NCBI GenBank assembly: GCA_951804945.1
Contig: OX638161.1
Coordinates: forward strand, 29,388,001 to 29,452,000
Source: Podarcis cretensis
Taxonomy: Eukaryota
Reading direction: 5' to 3'
DNA: 64,000 bases
Below, in pieces: positions 38,588 to 51,465 of the stretch. How positions within the stretch are numbered: position 1 is the first letter of the stretch; every line of letters begins with the position of its first letter. The translations under genes were made by a program, and so were the position numbers. The notes below the pieces were generated by a model. It did not search any database, was not told where the DNA came from, and saw only the letters and a list, made by a program, of their open reading frames with translations.

Positions 38588-38815
38588 ACTGTACAGCCCT
38601 GGGAACGACGCCACTTCCCACTGTCCTACAACCCCAAGACAGAGTGCGAGGACCAGTTGGATCCGCACGACCGGGCCTCACGGTCCACACGGCGCACCTC
38701 CGGCAGCAAGCCTTCCCGGGAAACAGACGGAGCTCCCACCTCGCCCACCCTCGCTTGCCTCAAGAGCCGGAATCCAGGGGCCGTGGCCACAGTTCAGCGG
38801 CCGACCCACAGATAA
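38588..38815 (+). CDS. KANSL1: KANSL1 last coding exon 15: [12 protein letters not shown]...[11 protein letters not shown]
   Basis: cttttcag acceptor; TAA at 38813-38815; C-terminus QRPTHR as in mammals. Confidence 0.95.
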   Translation, partial: TVQPWERRHFPLSYNPKTECEDQLDPHDRASRSTRRTSGSKPSRETDGAPTSPTLACLKSRNPGAVATVQRPTHR

Positions 38816-40785
38816 GAGATGGACAGGAAAATGAGAGCAAAAAGCAATCCACCAAACTAACTCTTGGCATTAAAGCTTCTGAAATCTGCGTTTGATATTC
38901 AAACATCCTGCCGGGAATTTTCACAGTTTTTAGTGAATTTAAGGAGTTTAGAAACTGTTTTATTTTTCTTTCTTTCTTTCTTTCCATGTTTCCTTGTCAC
39001 GCACACCTTTTATCCAGTGCTGTGTGGTCTAATGAGGAGAGCAAACTTGTCTCCCCTTTCCCATGCTTTAGGTGTACACTCCACAAACAGGAGGGTGAAG
39101 CTGGCCAAGTGACCCCTGGAATTGGTTCTCTGGTGAAAGGCTTTTCTTTCTTTCTCCTTTTTTCTTTTTCTTCTGTTTGGTGTCTGTTCTCCTCACCTTA
39201 CCACCATCACTGTGCCCCTCCCCCAAGATTTTAGTGGAGTGAAATTAGTGGTGAAAAGTGACGTCTTCTGAGTACAACTTCCCTCACTATCTGTTTCTGC
39301 TCTTGGGCCGCAGTGGCACTAGAATGCACTTGCAATGCAAACTCTCCCTGAAGCTGCACCCAAAAGAGATGGCTTCCCACCTTGTGGGCTAGAAGAAGAA
39401 GAAGAAGCTCTTCCCCTCCAGTTCCTTCACCCTGTGTTACATTTATTAATCCATTCTGCTGTTTGTTGCTGCTTTTCAGACCATCTCTCCATGTTAAAAG
39501 ATTTGTACAAGAAAAGGCAATTCCCTATCAGTACCCTGGATGTGATTTTATTTTTAAAAAAATCAGTTTTATTCAGTTCATACTGTGCTGGTTAATCCCT
39601 CCCCAAGTTAGGAGCAGGGAAAAGGCTGTCAGCCCATCTAGAATTATTTTTTTGGGGGGGGTTGTCATTCTCCCCTCCCCTTTAAATGCTGTCAAGTTAT
39701 TAACACTTCAGTATTCCCTTTTTAATTTTGCACTTTGCCCATTAGTCTGAAAGTTGCAGTAGGTTGTATTTCTTCTGCTGCTCAGTTGCAATACAGTAGT
39801 GTTAAGCCTTAAAATACTGAGAGGGATGTCAGCAGGATTCAGGAACTTGCCACCCCAGATTCACAAGCCATATTTTAGCAAGTGTCGTAAAATTCATTGT
39901 TTCCCCCCCACCCTATATAGAAATATATGGTCTATGCATTGCTTGAGATTACATCTTATATTTTAAGCTATGTTTGAGTATCTAAATTGTTTTCAACTTT
40001 TTTTTCCTGGAGAAAGATAGGACTTTGTTTTTCACCACTACTGCTTAACTCCACTTCCACACACCCCTGAGTTCAAAAGTAAACTTCTCCGTCAAGTTTT
40101 CTTTCCTCTTTCTCATAACTTCTTGGGCTGGCTATTGACAAGCTCAACAGGTTTGGAAATTTTAAAAATCACTTTGTTTTGTTTTTTAATTTAAAGAGGC
40201 CGTTCACATCACATCCCCAGTGGCTCCCAGATTCTGCACACCGATCCATCTGTAATGTTTTTCTGACCCCTAGCGGTGTGGCTGTTGGTCCCTGTCCTGT
40301 TGTTAGCATTGCGCCTGTCTTCTGTATTAATCACATCACCAAAAAAGGAAAAAAATACATTTTTTCTCATTTTGTAATCGTAACGAAATAGTAGCTAAAC
40401 TGCTTAATGGTTGGGGTTTTTTCACAATTTTCAACATTACCTAATGTTTTTGGTTCTGTTCTAGTTAATTTCTTTTTAAGAAGAGGAAAAACCCAATGCT
40501 ACCATATCCCTCTGCATTAAGTGCTTTTCTATTTATAAGGTTGAAAATTCTGAATAACCCTCTTAGCGTTATAAAGGAAAAATCCAGAAAAAAACCACCT
40601 TGTATTTTGTAAATATTTCTTTTCCTGCTTCAAGCTGTGTAATGTCCTTGTTATATAGAAACGCTTTTCTTCAGAGAAGCTGATCTTTGTTTAATGTCTT
40701 GATTCTGTTGGCCAAAGCACAAATGTGTGCTTATAAAAAAAAAAAGATTAAAAAAATTAAAAAGTTAAGAAAACTGTGTGCTAAA
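38816..40785 (+). other. KANSL1: KANSL1 3'UTR (end approximate)
   Basis: AU-rich and TE-poor after the stop. ATTAAA at 40747 and 40756, followed by TGTGTG/T-rich sequence; an alternative AATAAA lies near 40870. Confidence 0.7.
40747..40761 (+). terminator. Putative KANSL1 poly(A) signals (two ATTAAA)
   Basis: Hexamers in an A-rich run with a downstream GU/U-rich element. Confidence 0.55.
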
Positions 40786-41428
40786 TCTCTTCTTTGGGAA
40801 ATAACAGTTGGATGAGTGCTATTATTAGAGATTAGTGAGGATGCAGAGGTATCGATTGAAATTATCAAGGAATAAAAGCAAGCAATGGCTTTAAGAATGT
40901 GACTAAACTTTTAAATCACCATTTTTAAAATTTCTTTTTTGAAACTAGCATTTTCAAAGACAGGCTTTCCCCCAGAATATTATAAAATGGTGGTAGCCAT
41001 GGTGCTGAGGTGGATACCTTTCTGCCTAGCCCAGCAGCCTGGTGAAGATGCAAGCCACTTTTTTGTTATGCTCATTACTGCCACATGATTCCTGGAGAAT
41101 TACCCAAGGGTGAATACAGCCCTCAATACAAAAGTCTTGCCATGCCCATAGAGGGGGATGAGTGGTCTTGTCCAGATGATGAGAACTCAGCTTAAAATGA
41201 ATGAAAGCAAAAACAGGAATTCTGGAAAGTACCATCTTCACAGGAACATTTTTCAGTTTAATGATGTGGTAAGAATTTACAAAGGCCTAAGTGTATGAAA
41301 CTGGAACAGCGCTAACAAACATCTGTCTGTTAGTTCCGGCAAGAACGGTGTGACTTCTGCACTACCCCAGTCTCCACCATATCCCTCCAACAAAGGCAAA
41401 GCTCGTTTAATATTGTAGTAATGAATTC

Positions 41429-41434
41429 TTTATT
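41429..41434 (-). terminator. MAPT distal poly(A) signal AATAAA
   Basis: The minus strand reads GCTGTAAAAGTGAATTTGGAAATAAAG, matching my recollection of the human MAPT mRNA 3' end. Confidence 0.85.
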
Positions 41435-44400
41435 TCCAAATTCACTTTTACAGCAAGTCGGTGTAAACCAGTTGTTATAACACACAAGTACAATATGGAC
41501 AGTCACAGACAGGTAGCTAAGCTAGGATGATCATATGGAGATCTTACTCCTTTCCCACCCCCTCCCACCCAGTTTCCCCACCCCCGTGAAACTTAAAAGG
41601 GAATTTGTTGGGCCTTCCAAACTCCATTGTCCCTTTTTCATACTTTCAAGTGCATGACCAAAAGCCCATTTTTTTTCCTCTTTAACTTTCAAAACCATGA
41701 TTTTCATCTGTCAAATTTTAACACTTTTCCAACCCACTAGATATGTATATTTATATACCAAGACAAGACACCAGCCAGTCAATTCAACATGGCCCTCGAT
41801 TGGAACCCTCATGGGTCTAACCCTCTATAAAACTGATGCCATTATGCATCCTAAAATGAGCCATAAAGACAATCAAAATCCATGTTTGAAAACAGATATT
41901 ATGACTTAGGGAGATGGCTAAATTTGGGGTGGGGGAAAATAACTCAGAATGTTTCAATGGTTGATCCTATGCTTGGGGAAGGGGAAGATTTGAGCAGTGA
42001 AATAAATGGATGAAGGCAAGGGCTGTTAATATTCAGGAGAATCAGGGAGTCAAATGATCTCAAATATAACTTTGTGTTTGTTTTTGTTGCTTCATACTGA
42101 ATAAAGAGGGCTATTGTTTTATTTACAGCTTAAGCCAATACAAAAACTGACAAAAGATGACGTTTTTCCAGCCCTAGCTCAATCCCCTAATGCAAACAGA
42201 AAAGAATCTCAGTGATATGGTATATGCGCTCAGTGGGAAAAATCTCACATTTGTTCACTTCAGGCATATTAAGCTTCCTCACATCCTAAAGTAATACAAC
42301 TGCAGGCTTTATTTTTAAATACAGTATCATAGAGTAACTGGAAATTGTTGAAAGGTGACCAATATGCTGATCTGTCTGAAGAACCCTGCCTACCACATTG
42401 GTACTGCAGTACAGTGATAGCCAACAAAGTAACATTCTTGAACCCAATCGGTTCCTCTCCCATGCTATCCCATCTTCCATCTTAGTCACAACTTACTCAA
42501 CTTTTTTTTTTTTTACTTCATTCCACAAAATACTTTTGCTTACAGAAACAATGGACAATCTGTACTTCCCAACAATTAGTTGAACTGATTTTATCCATGG
42601 CTCAAAACAATAAGCAAGCAAAGGCAGCAACAGACTTTGCAACGTGGTACTCCTAAAGCAGAAAGCCTTAGTCCCGACTCAGCCTAACAAGGACAAAAAC
42701 ACATGCACACAGCCCATCTTCAAGGTGTCTTATCTCACAAGGAATGTATTAAGTTTAGCAACCGTGTTGGCTTGAAATTTGAACACCGCATCAGACATTT
42801 TCTCAGAAAAACATGCAAAGAAAGTTTTTAAATATTTTTCTTTTCACCACCACTTAGAAATAGAAGCCCGCTTTGCAAGTTTCCCCCCCAAATATTCTCT
42901 ACCACTTTGGGGGTTTTTTTGAGCAGCTGCAGTTTCCACAAACATTCCTCCAATATCCTTGAATGCCTAGGTCTGTGGCATTGTACAAAGGCTGCTCTGG
43001 CTAGGGTACAGAAGATTTGTTTCACAATGGTGTGGGATTTTGGAATAATTATGTGGCAGCAGTGGGGCTGTGGCCTTCCAGCTGCTGCTGGTCTATAGCT
43101 TTCCATTATTCTTGACCATTTACTCTGCTGGCTTGGGCAGATGGGGAGTTGAGTCCACCATCATATCGAGGTGCGGAGCCAGTAGCTTTTCAGAAGAAGG
43201 TAGACTTGACTCCCTACCAGTCCCCAACAACATGGTCAATGATCAGGGATGATGGGAGCTGTGGACTAGCACCACATCCAGTGCCACAGATTCCCCACCT
43301 CAATACAAAGACAGATGCACGAGTTGGGTAGCAAAACTATTTGAGGAAATGGAGAGAACAGGAAGAGGACATTCTTAATCACTATGAGCACTGTCCTCCC
43401 AACTCTACAGTTCTGTGATTCTAATTCTGCATGCTATGATCCTTATCTGTTGCAGAATCTTCTGCACCCATGACAAGACACCTGGTTCACTTAGAGGCTG
43501 CCACCCAGTCACCAACAACCACCATCAGTTTGGCAAACTCAGATAATATACGCCTTGCCAAGCTTTAAATACTATGCTGTAAACCTACACCACAGTTCCT
43601 TATTGGACCTAGCTCTGAGGGTCAGGCCTCTGTTGCCATATTTGTGAACTTACTGTTAAAAAGCCATGTATGCTATCACCAATTTGAGACACCCCCCCCA
43701 ACCCCGCTTCTTGGGTTTGTGTGTTTTGTTTTACTTAAACCATCTTATCCTCTCACTTGGAAATTTCCAAGCACATCCAGACAATTCCAACTGTGTAATG
43801 TATAAGTGGTGGTGGGACTGCCTTATAAAATCTGTATTATTTACAACCGTTCATGCAATAGATTGTGTCATAATTCTAATAGGAGCTCTGTTGCTGTTCA
43901 GTGTTTCAGGTAGTACTCCAATAAACTAGGCTATGTTTTGCAAAGCCTGTGTTGCTTGGGAACTTACATCTGAAGGATGGAAATTTGAGAGGACAGGAGA
44001 GAGAAAGATTCTATCAGATGATAAAGGCAGTGGCAAGGAGGAATAGCCATTCACAAAAGGCAAAGTACTCTCTGAAATTAAAGTATTTTCACTTAGCCTA
44101 GGTAGATGCACAGCTACAACTCGTACCGTAAATGTTTTTTAAACAGCAAAGGGGGGAAGGGTTTGTAAGGACGACCCTGGAATCTGTACTACAAATGCAA
44201 TTAGTCTTCCAACTTTGACAGGTGAGGGAAAAAGCTCTTTCTGCTAGTATGATAGCTTCTTGAGCCAGTACACATATGCAGGTTATGTTCAGAAACAGTC
44301 ATTATTCAGACACTTCTGCACAGTGTGCTAGTTTTGGACTCTTCCCCCCCCCCCCACCTGTGAAAGCTTGAATTCTCTGGCACCTTTTCAGAAAATATGG

Positions 44401-44482
44401 GAAATAGATTCCTGCTGGTTGCATTGTGCTGTAGGTTTCCCTTGGAGCATGCACACCCAAGTTTGGGGACTTGTTCATACTA

Positions 44483-44760
44483 CAGTGGTGCCCCGCAAGA
44501 CGAATGCCTCGCAAGACGAAAAACTCACTAGACGAAAGAGTTTTCCGTCTTTTGAGGTGCTTCACAAGACGAATTTCCCTATGGGCTTGCTTCGCAAGAC
44601 GTTTCGTCTTGCGAGTTCTTGCGAGTTTTTTCCCTCCCCCCCCCTTTTTCTAAGCCGCTAATAGCGCTAATCCGCTAATAGCCGTGCTTCGCAAGACGAA
44701 GAAACCGCAAGACGAAGAGACTCGCGGAACGGATTAATTTCGTCTTGCGAGGCACCACTG
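44483..44760. mobile_element. Tc1/mariner-superfamily MITE inside the MAPT 3'UTR
   Basis: Same TIR family as the 19850 copy; TA TSD. Confidence 0.88.
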
Positions 44761-46212
44761 TACATGAGCAATGCTTGAGTACTCAGAAATGAAAGGGTGA
44801 ACAATCTTCATGGAAAAGTATTGGAGGTGATAACGAAACCTTTTGGTGTCTATGATTTGTGATGCTTCTTTCACAGATGCACGTACTGAGGAACAAACAT
44901 GCATGCGATGAAGAGAGCATCAGATATATGCAACTATTATGAAAGACTCTTGATCCTAAAAGGTGCACCTATTCCCACATGCACGCCCTTCCAGGAAGTT
45001 ACCCTTCTTCCCCCATGCACTTGCACTTAAGTGCACCTATCTCATTTAACAAAAAACCCTAGAACCACACCTCTACCTCACAAATTTCTACGTACAACCA
45101 CAATTTTGTCATGAAAACCAAGAGAAACAGCCATGCTTATCAGACTGAACACAAGGAGCAAATCTGAAACCCACAAACCTCCTTGCTCCCCTCCCCCAAG
45201 AACACCTACCAAGTCCTTTGAGCCAACCTGCAAATGTTACAGCAAGAGCAAAGAGACGGGCATGGAACTTGTGGCATTTTTTAGGCTGGAAAGATGAGAA
45301 AGAAGGCAGGCAAGTGGAAGAGGGGAGAAAAGTGGTAGTAATAGTCAAATAGTATGAAAATTTCCTTTTAATGTCCCTACATTTGCAAAAACAGTATCCC
45401 CAAAGGAGAATCGCATGAGGCAAGCGTCACCTTGCTCCTCAGTATGCATCATTTGAACCATAGTTGAGGGAGCTGGCAGGATTTCAATGCTGTTTGCTCT
45501 TGTAATTCAAAGGTATCAGGCCAATGCATTGGCCCTCGCATGCAGTGGTATGGCTCTAGTCAAACCCCATTCAAGAAAACTTAAAATAAAAGGCATTTGC
45601 CCCCTTCCCAGCATAGAAACATGTCCCCCTGCAGAGATGAGATTCTGAAGACTAATTCCCTGAGGACTGAAGTAGGGGATATTTCACACTGCAAATCCTG
45701 TGTATGCAGTTGATATCTGCTTTAGACTTACACTATCACACATACCTGTAACAAAATGCAAAACAGCAGGTGTTCTTGAAGAAGGTTACTAAACAATCCC
45801 ACAGCAATATAGGCTCTTTTCTCTATTCATGGGGACAAACTTGGTTAGCTGCTGCTCATCGACAGAGGCAGATACCAACCCTCTTTCTCAAGCTTATATC
45901 CTATGCAGCACAAATTTTCCTAACAATTACATTTCCTTTTGTTTAGGAGCAAGTGGTGAAATGATGTCTTTCTCTAGACTGAGATATAGTAAGAAATCTT
46001 TGTTTTCATACTGTTACTAATTTTGAAATCCTGAGACCACAGATGAATAAATGGCAAGGGGGACAGGGAACCAGGTTAAAAGAGTTAGCCCATTAATATA
46101 AAAAACGAAATAAATTAAGGAATGGTGGGGAATGAAGATGTAAAACAGAACAGAGGAAGAAAGGCCAGAGTGGATTCTTCTCTTCTTATTCTCTCCACCC
46201 ACTTTAACACAA

Positions 46213-46515
<303 letters not shown>

Positions 46516-49500
46516 TCAGCTATACCTTCACTAGCGTTTGACTGGTATGCCAAAGTGGTTCGTTCAGCCGCAGCTCCTCTTCTCCCCATCGCCGCTGCTT
46601 TGGCAAAACACTGATGTATGCTCAGAATTAGGAAAATCCAGGCTCTCAGTTTTTAGTGTGTTGTTATAAGGGCAGTCCCACTCATTTGCTTGGCTGACAT
46701 TTTTTTTAATTAAGAAATAATGATATCCATGTTTCCTTGATCTAGGAATCCTACATTGCTTCATACAACCTATAGACAGAAGTTGTATGCAAACTGTGTG
46801 CTATGAGCCTATGAAATGGAACATACAAAAATGTCAACTTCTTTCAAAAGCAGCTTCTCCCAGAATTGTACTACCATGTTATGAAAAGGTGACCTATCCA
46901 AATAAATTTATGAATGTTTTCAGGCAAAGAAGTCGAGTCTCCTATCAAACTGGGCATCCCTTATCTTGAAACCATGCCAGATGAAAGATCCCAGCAGCCA
47001 ATCTTGCAGATAGATGAAATGGTGATAGAGGTCTGATAGTCCAAAATATTCTTAAAGTACAGGGGGTTTTTTCACATTAAGCTGCTAGGGTTAGTACAGA
47101 ACACCAGGTTTTCAATCTAACAAAATCAGAGAAAACTAGTATGATGCCTTACCACCCCGCACCCTCCAAGCTCTGGGTATCTGATTCCCATCTAGCTCTC
47201 ACAAAGCTCATGAGAACAGGTAACTACTTACTGGCATCACATGGGTGCAAGTCGGGGAGTGGGCTCTCCTCAGGGATGGAGGGCTCCGTGATGGGGGAAG
47301 GAGGCCCAGTCTTATTGGGGCAGTTTTGAGCACCGTTCGTGTCTTCCTTGCCCTTCTCTCTCTGCATGTGGGTGGAGAAGGTCAGTGGGATGCAAAATAG
47401 CATCGTCAAATAAGATGACATGAAACCAAAAATCTTCAATGGGGAGGGAGGGACATATAGAATTGGAGAAGGACAGAGCATCAGGAATATAACTGCAGTG
47501 TGCAGAAGAAGGTACAGGAACCAGAGATGGAGAATGCAAGAGCTAGCGAATAAAGATGGTGTGCACTCCGATATGTCTCATACCACTCAGCAGATGGCTG
47601 ATGAATTTTGCCATTGTCAGTCGGCAGAGGAGTGGAACATACAGGCATGGGTTAACTCATCTTCTGGAAAGCAGGGTCAAATGATTTTTACCAAAAAATA
47701 ATTCTAGTGGGGAAGAAAGCTTTGTCCAGTTTCCAATCTTAACTCTGCCTTCACAAAAAAGCAGGGTTAATTCTTGCCTTTGTATGCTACTGTTGTCGCC
47801 ATAGGTGCCTTCTTAAATAAAAAAAATTGATCTTCTCAGAAGGCCTTAACTTTGATACAACCTTTATCCTCTGGATCTCCTCTCTTCTCATTAGCCGGAA
47901 GTGCTGAGGGGGTGGGCTGGAGCCTGCACCTGGGCCCTCCTACTCAACTCCCTGCTTAAGTGCTAAGGGCTCTGCGAAGGAAAAAGAACTCCGTTTACAG
48001 CCTTTGGGCCACTACATTAGAGATAGCCAGGAGTCTTCTCAGACCCCTAAGCAATCCCAGGAATACCAGCAAATGATCGGGGGTGGCTGGGGTTGCGGAC
48101 CCCCATTCCACAGTTGTAGAAGAAGTCTTTAGAGGCGTGGGTATCTAGAGTCTACATCCCTCTCCGCTTATCAGGTGGCGACAGCAGGGTTTTTTGCTTA
48201 AAGCAACAACTTACTGTGGGATGAAGTTACAGTATATAGCTTGGTGATGGCTGGTGCAGGGGTGCTACTAAAGCAGAGGACCTCTGTAGTGTTTCCCATA
48301 TTCTTTACTGTTCCCAAGAAAAACAGATGCTCACACTTCATTAGCAGAATTCGTTATCACAGGAAAGGATTCCTTCTAGATGCCCTGGCTGTCTCAGGGC
48401 ACAACTACAGAATGGTCACCAAGCCTGAGCAGATAGCTAATATAATAATGGAACTATTCCAAAGTTTAAACTTGTCTCTTGGGGAGGGGAATCAGTGGGG
48501 GAGAGAACAGTGCTATTCCTGACATTAAACCTTCTCACTCTCATGAATTCTCTGCCCCCTTTAACTATGTTCATCATGCTGCTTGCCATTCATGGACTCC
48601 TCTTCCTGTGCCTGGAGCATAGGGCCATCCAAGTGGGTCAAAAGTCATACTCATGCTCACAGTGCCTGCAAGGCTTTCCTTCTCTGATACGCTACAAAAG
48701 CCCAACTGTGGTCCAGGAAATGCAGAAAAAGAGGGGAGAGGGAGAGAGGTGGAGTGAAAAGAGGTGGATGCTCAGATGTGTGAATGACACTGAGAGAAGG
48801 ATAAGGAAGCGGAGAAGTTCTTCCATCAGAAGCCAGCACATTCACTGGAAGGAGCCAATGAGAGCTAGAAAGGTTTCTAAGGCTACTAAAATGAGATGCG
48901 TCTGAGAGGAAGGGGCTGAAATGCATGTGAGTAGAGCCTCCCTCCCCAAGACAGGCACAACAGATGAGGCAAATACAAACAAACAAACAGAATTAACTGG
49001 TATACGTGAATCACTCTCCAAATGGGGTTTCAAAACCTATGATGCATCCCTGCTGATAGCTCCAGGGCTCTTTGTGCATAAGCTGCCTGAACTGGGTTGC
49101 CAATTTATGAGGAAAACTAACCCAGTCTGGACTGCTCTTTTGCTTTTAACAGCAGCTTGATACACAGAAAGCAGAGGGCAAACCTTTTCATAGCATGGAA
49201 ATGAATATCACCACCTGTTAATGTTTGTACATTAAGCCGCTATTAAAGGCACACATATAGGGGCCAGCTAAAAAGCTGGCAATCCTATTCTGAAGTGGAA
49301 TGATTTAGGGACTTGATATTCCCAGATGCACAGTAAGCTGGCACGCCTGGTCCAAGGAAAAAAGCTAACTGTGCAATTAACTTCTAAGTATATTATATGA
49401 TCTCAATGGGGAAGGTCCGCCTTAACAGAATTACTGTGCTGATTCATCATTTTATCAGTCTTTCTGGGAGAACTACTCCAGTTGGCAGTATTTGCATCCT

Positions 49501-51246
49501 ATGGAGGGACCAACAGAATAGGCTGCTCTGCCACATTAAATATCTCAGCAACCTGGATACCAGCAATATGTGAGCAGGTAATGGTCAATGGGTCCTTTCT
49601 TTTTAAGCAAAAAAAAAGTTGATAAGGGCCTTCTTAGAGCAAAGCAGGGGCTTTGTGAAATTTTAAAAGGCCTCAAGTATACCTTATGAAAATGATATCT
49701 AGACCACAGCATCAGACATGAGTCTTGACTGTAGTAGCAAACATAGCCAAGCAATCAAAGACCCCTCCTCCTCCTTGCTCCATTTGAAACCTTTGCCTCC
49801 CTCTGGGCGCATACAGACGTACCTAAAAATGGCAGCCGACATGTTAATTTCTCCAGTGATGTGAGCCTGGTTTCCCCCTCCTTTATGCTGCAAATCAACA
49901 GGCATACTTACCTCCATTGTAAACACCGCGTTCCTTGCTGCCCCTTTCCCATGCTTTAGACTTTCTGCTTTTTTAAAAAAATTATGTAAAGCACCAATGA
50001 TATATAGCTGTGTGATTAAAGGGAAAACTGAACTTACCGTTGAAGCTCCCTCTGTTTAATCAGTAGGGTCGCTGGCTAGAAAGACTAACTTCTCCTGTAT
50101 CTCCAAAGGCAAGGCCAACCTAACTTATATCCCTAGTTGGAGAGGAATTTCCTTCCAAGATCTTGGCAGATAGCAAATGCACTCATTAAAGAAACAGTCT
50201 ACCAACTGGCAGGCTCATTAAATCCACTCATTAAAGAAACAGTCTACCAACAGGCATGCTCACTTGAGGAAAAGCTGGAAACACCAAAGCATGACAAAAG
50301 GAACTAGGAGTGAGAAAAGGGAAGGAGGTCTCTGATGTAACATGCTGCTGCCCCATGCACACATCACCTCCCCACCCCCCACCCTGTGCTTGCCTGACCG
50401 CCACACCAGTAAGTCTGCCCACCAACCTGCCAATTAACAAGCAGGAACACCCAACTTCCCTTTCTCATTTAGTTTAGCCAGGAATCACAAGTTGGGAGAA
50501 TGGTTGTATTCAGGGCCTGCTTGCAGCTTCCCACAGGCACCTGGTCGGCCACTATGGGAATGCAATGCAGGACTAGATTCAGCAGGGCTCGGCACAAGAC
50601 ACTGCAGTCAGCCAGTTTTTGCTTCAACTCTTTTTTCTCCAAACTCAGCAACAGGTTTGTCTGGCAATAACATGATGGCAATGCTTTCAGAGCCCACAAG
50701 CTTTGTTTTTAGGTATGTCTGTACGCACCCCCAGGTGCCTCTTGGAGAGTATGAAAGGACAGAATTCTTCTGAAGGGCAAGACCTACCCCACTTCAGCCA
50801 TCACTGTGGGCAGCTGCTAAGGAACTAACCACATGTTATGTACAAACATGCTTTAAACCTCCGGGAGGAGGGGTGTGTTCAATGTGGGGGAAAGGGTTGA
50901 ACTCTCCTTCCCACACTATTTTTCTGCTCTCAATCACCTCAGCTTGGAGAGGGGAAGATCAGCATCACAGCTCCAATAAGTGATTTTGCATGTAACACAT
51001 AGTCTCTGAGGCAGCTCCCTTTTTTGGAACAAAGTGGAGAATGATGCTAAGCAATTACCCCTTTGCTGTTACTTTGGCAAATGTAATAGGTATTTAGTAG
51101 GCATTAGAGAAGCATACAGAAAATGCATGGGGAAAACAGGGGACTTAAAAAACAAGGTTCAAAGCAGCAACATCAGAGACTGATGGGGAGCAGGGCTTGA
51201 GAAAGATGCTGCTACCTGTTATTAACTTGATGAGATTTTCCCCTCA

Positions 51247-51465
<219 letters not shown>

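Larger units (their letters stand above)
9141..38815 (+). other. KANSL1: KANSL1 gene, coding exons 3-15 (5' part lies upstream of the window; 1-9140 is intron 2)
   Basis: 13 GT-AG exons splice in consistent phase into a recognisable KANSL1 C-terminal two-thirds ([32 protein letters not shown]; CVAARTRPV; [29 protein letters not shown]). Confidence 0.97.
41410..46212 (-). other. MAPT: MAPT 3'UTR (~4.8 kb)
   Basis: Runs from the TGA stop to the conserved terminal block with AATAAA. Confidence 0.8.
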
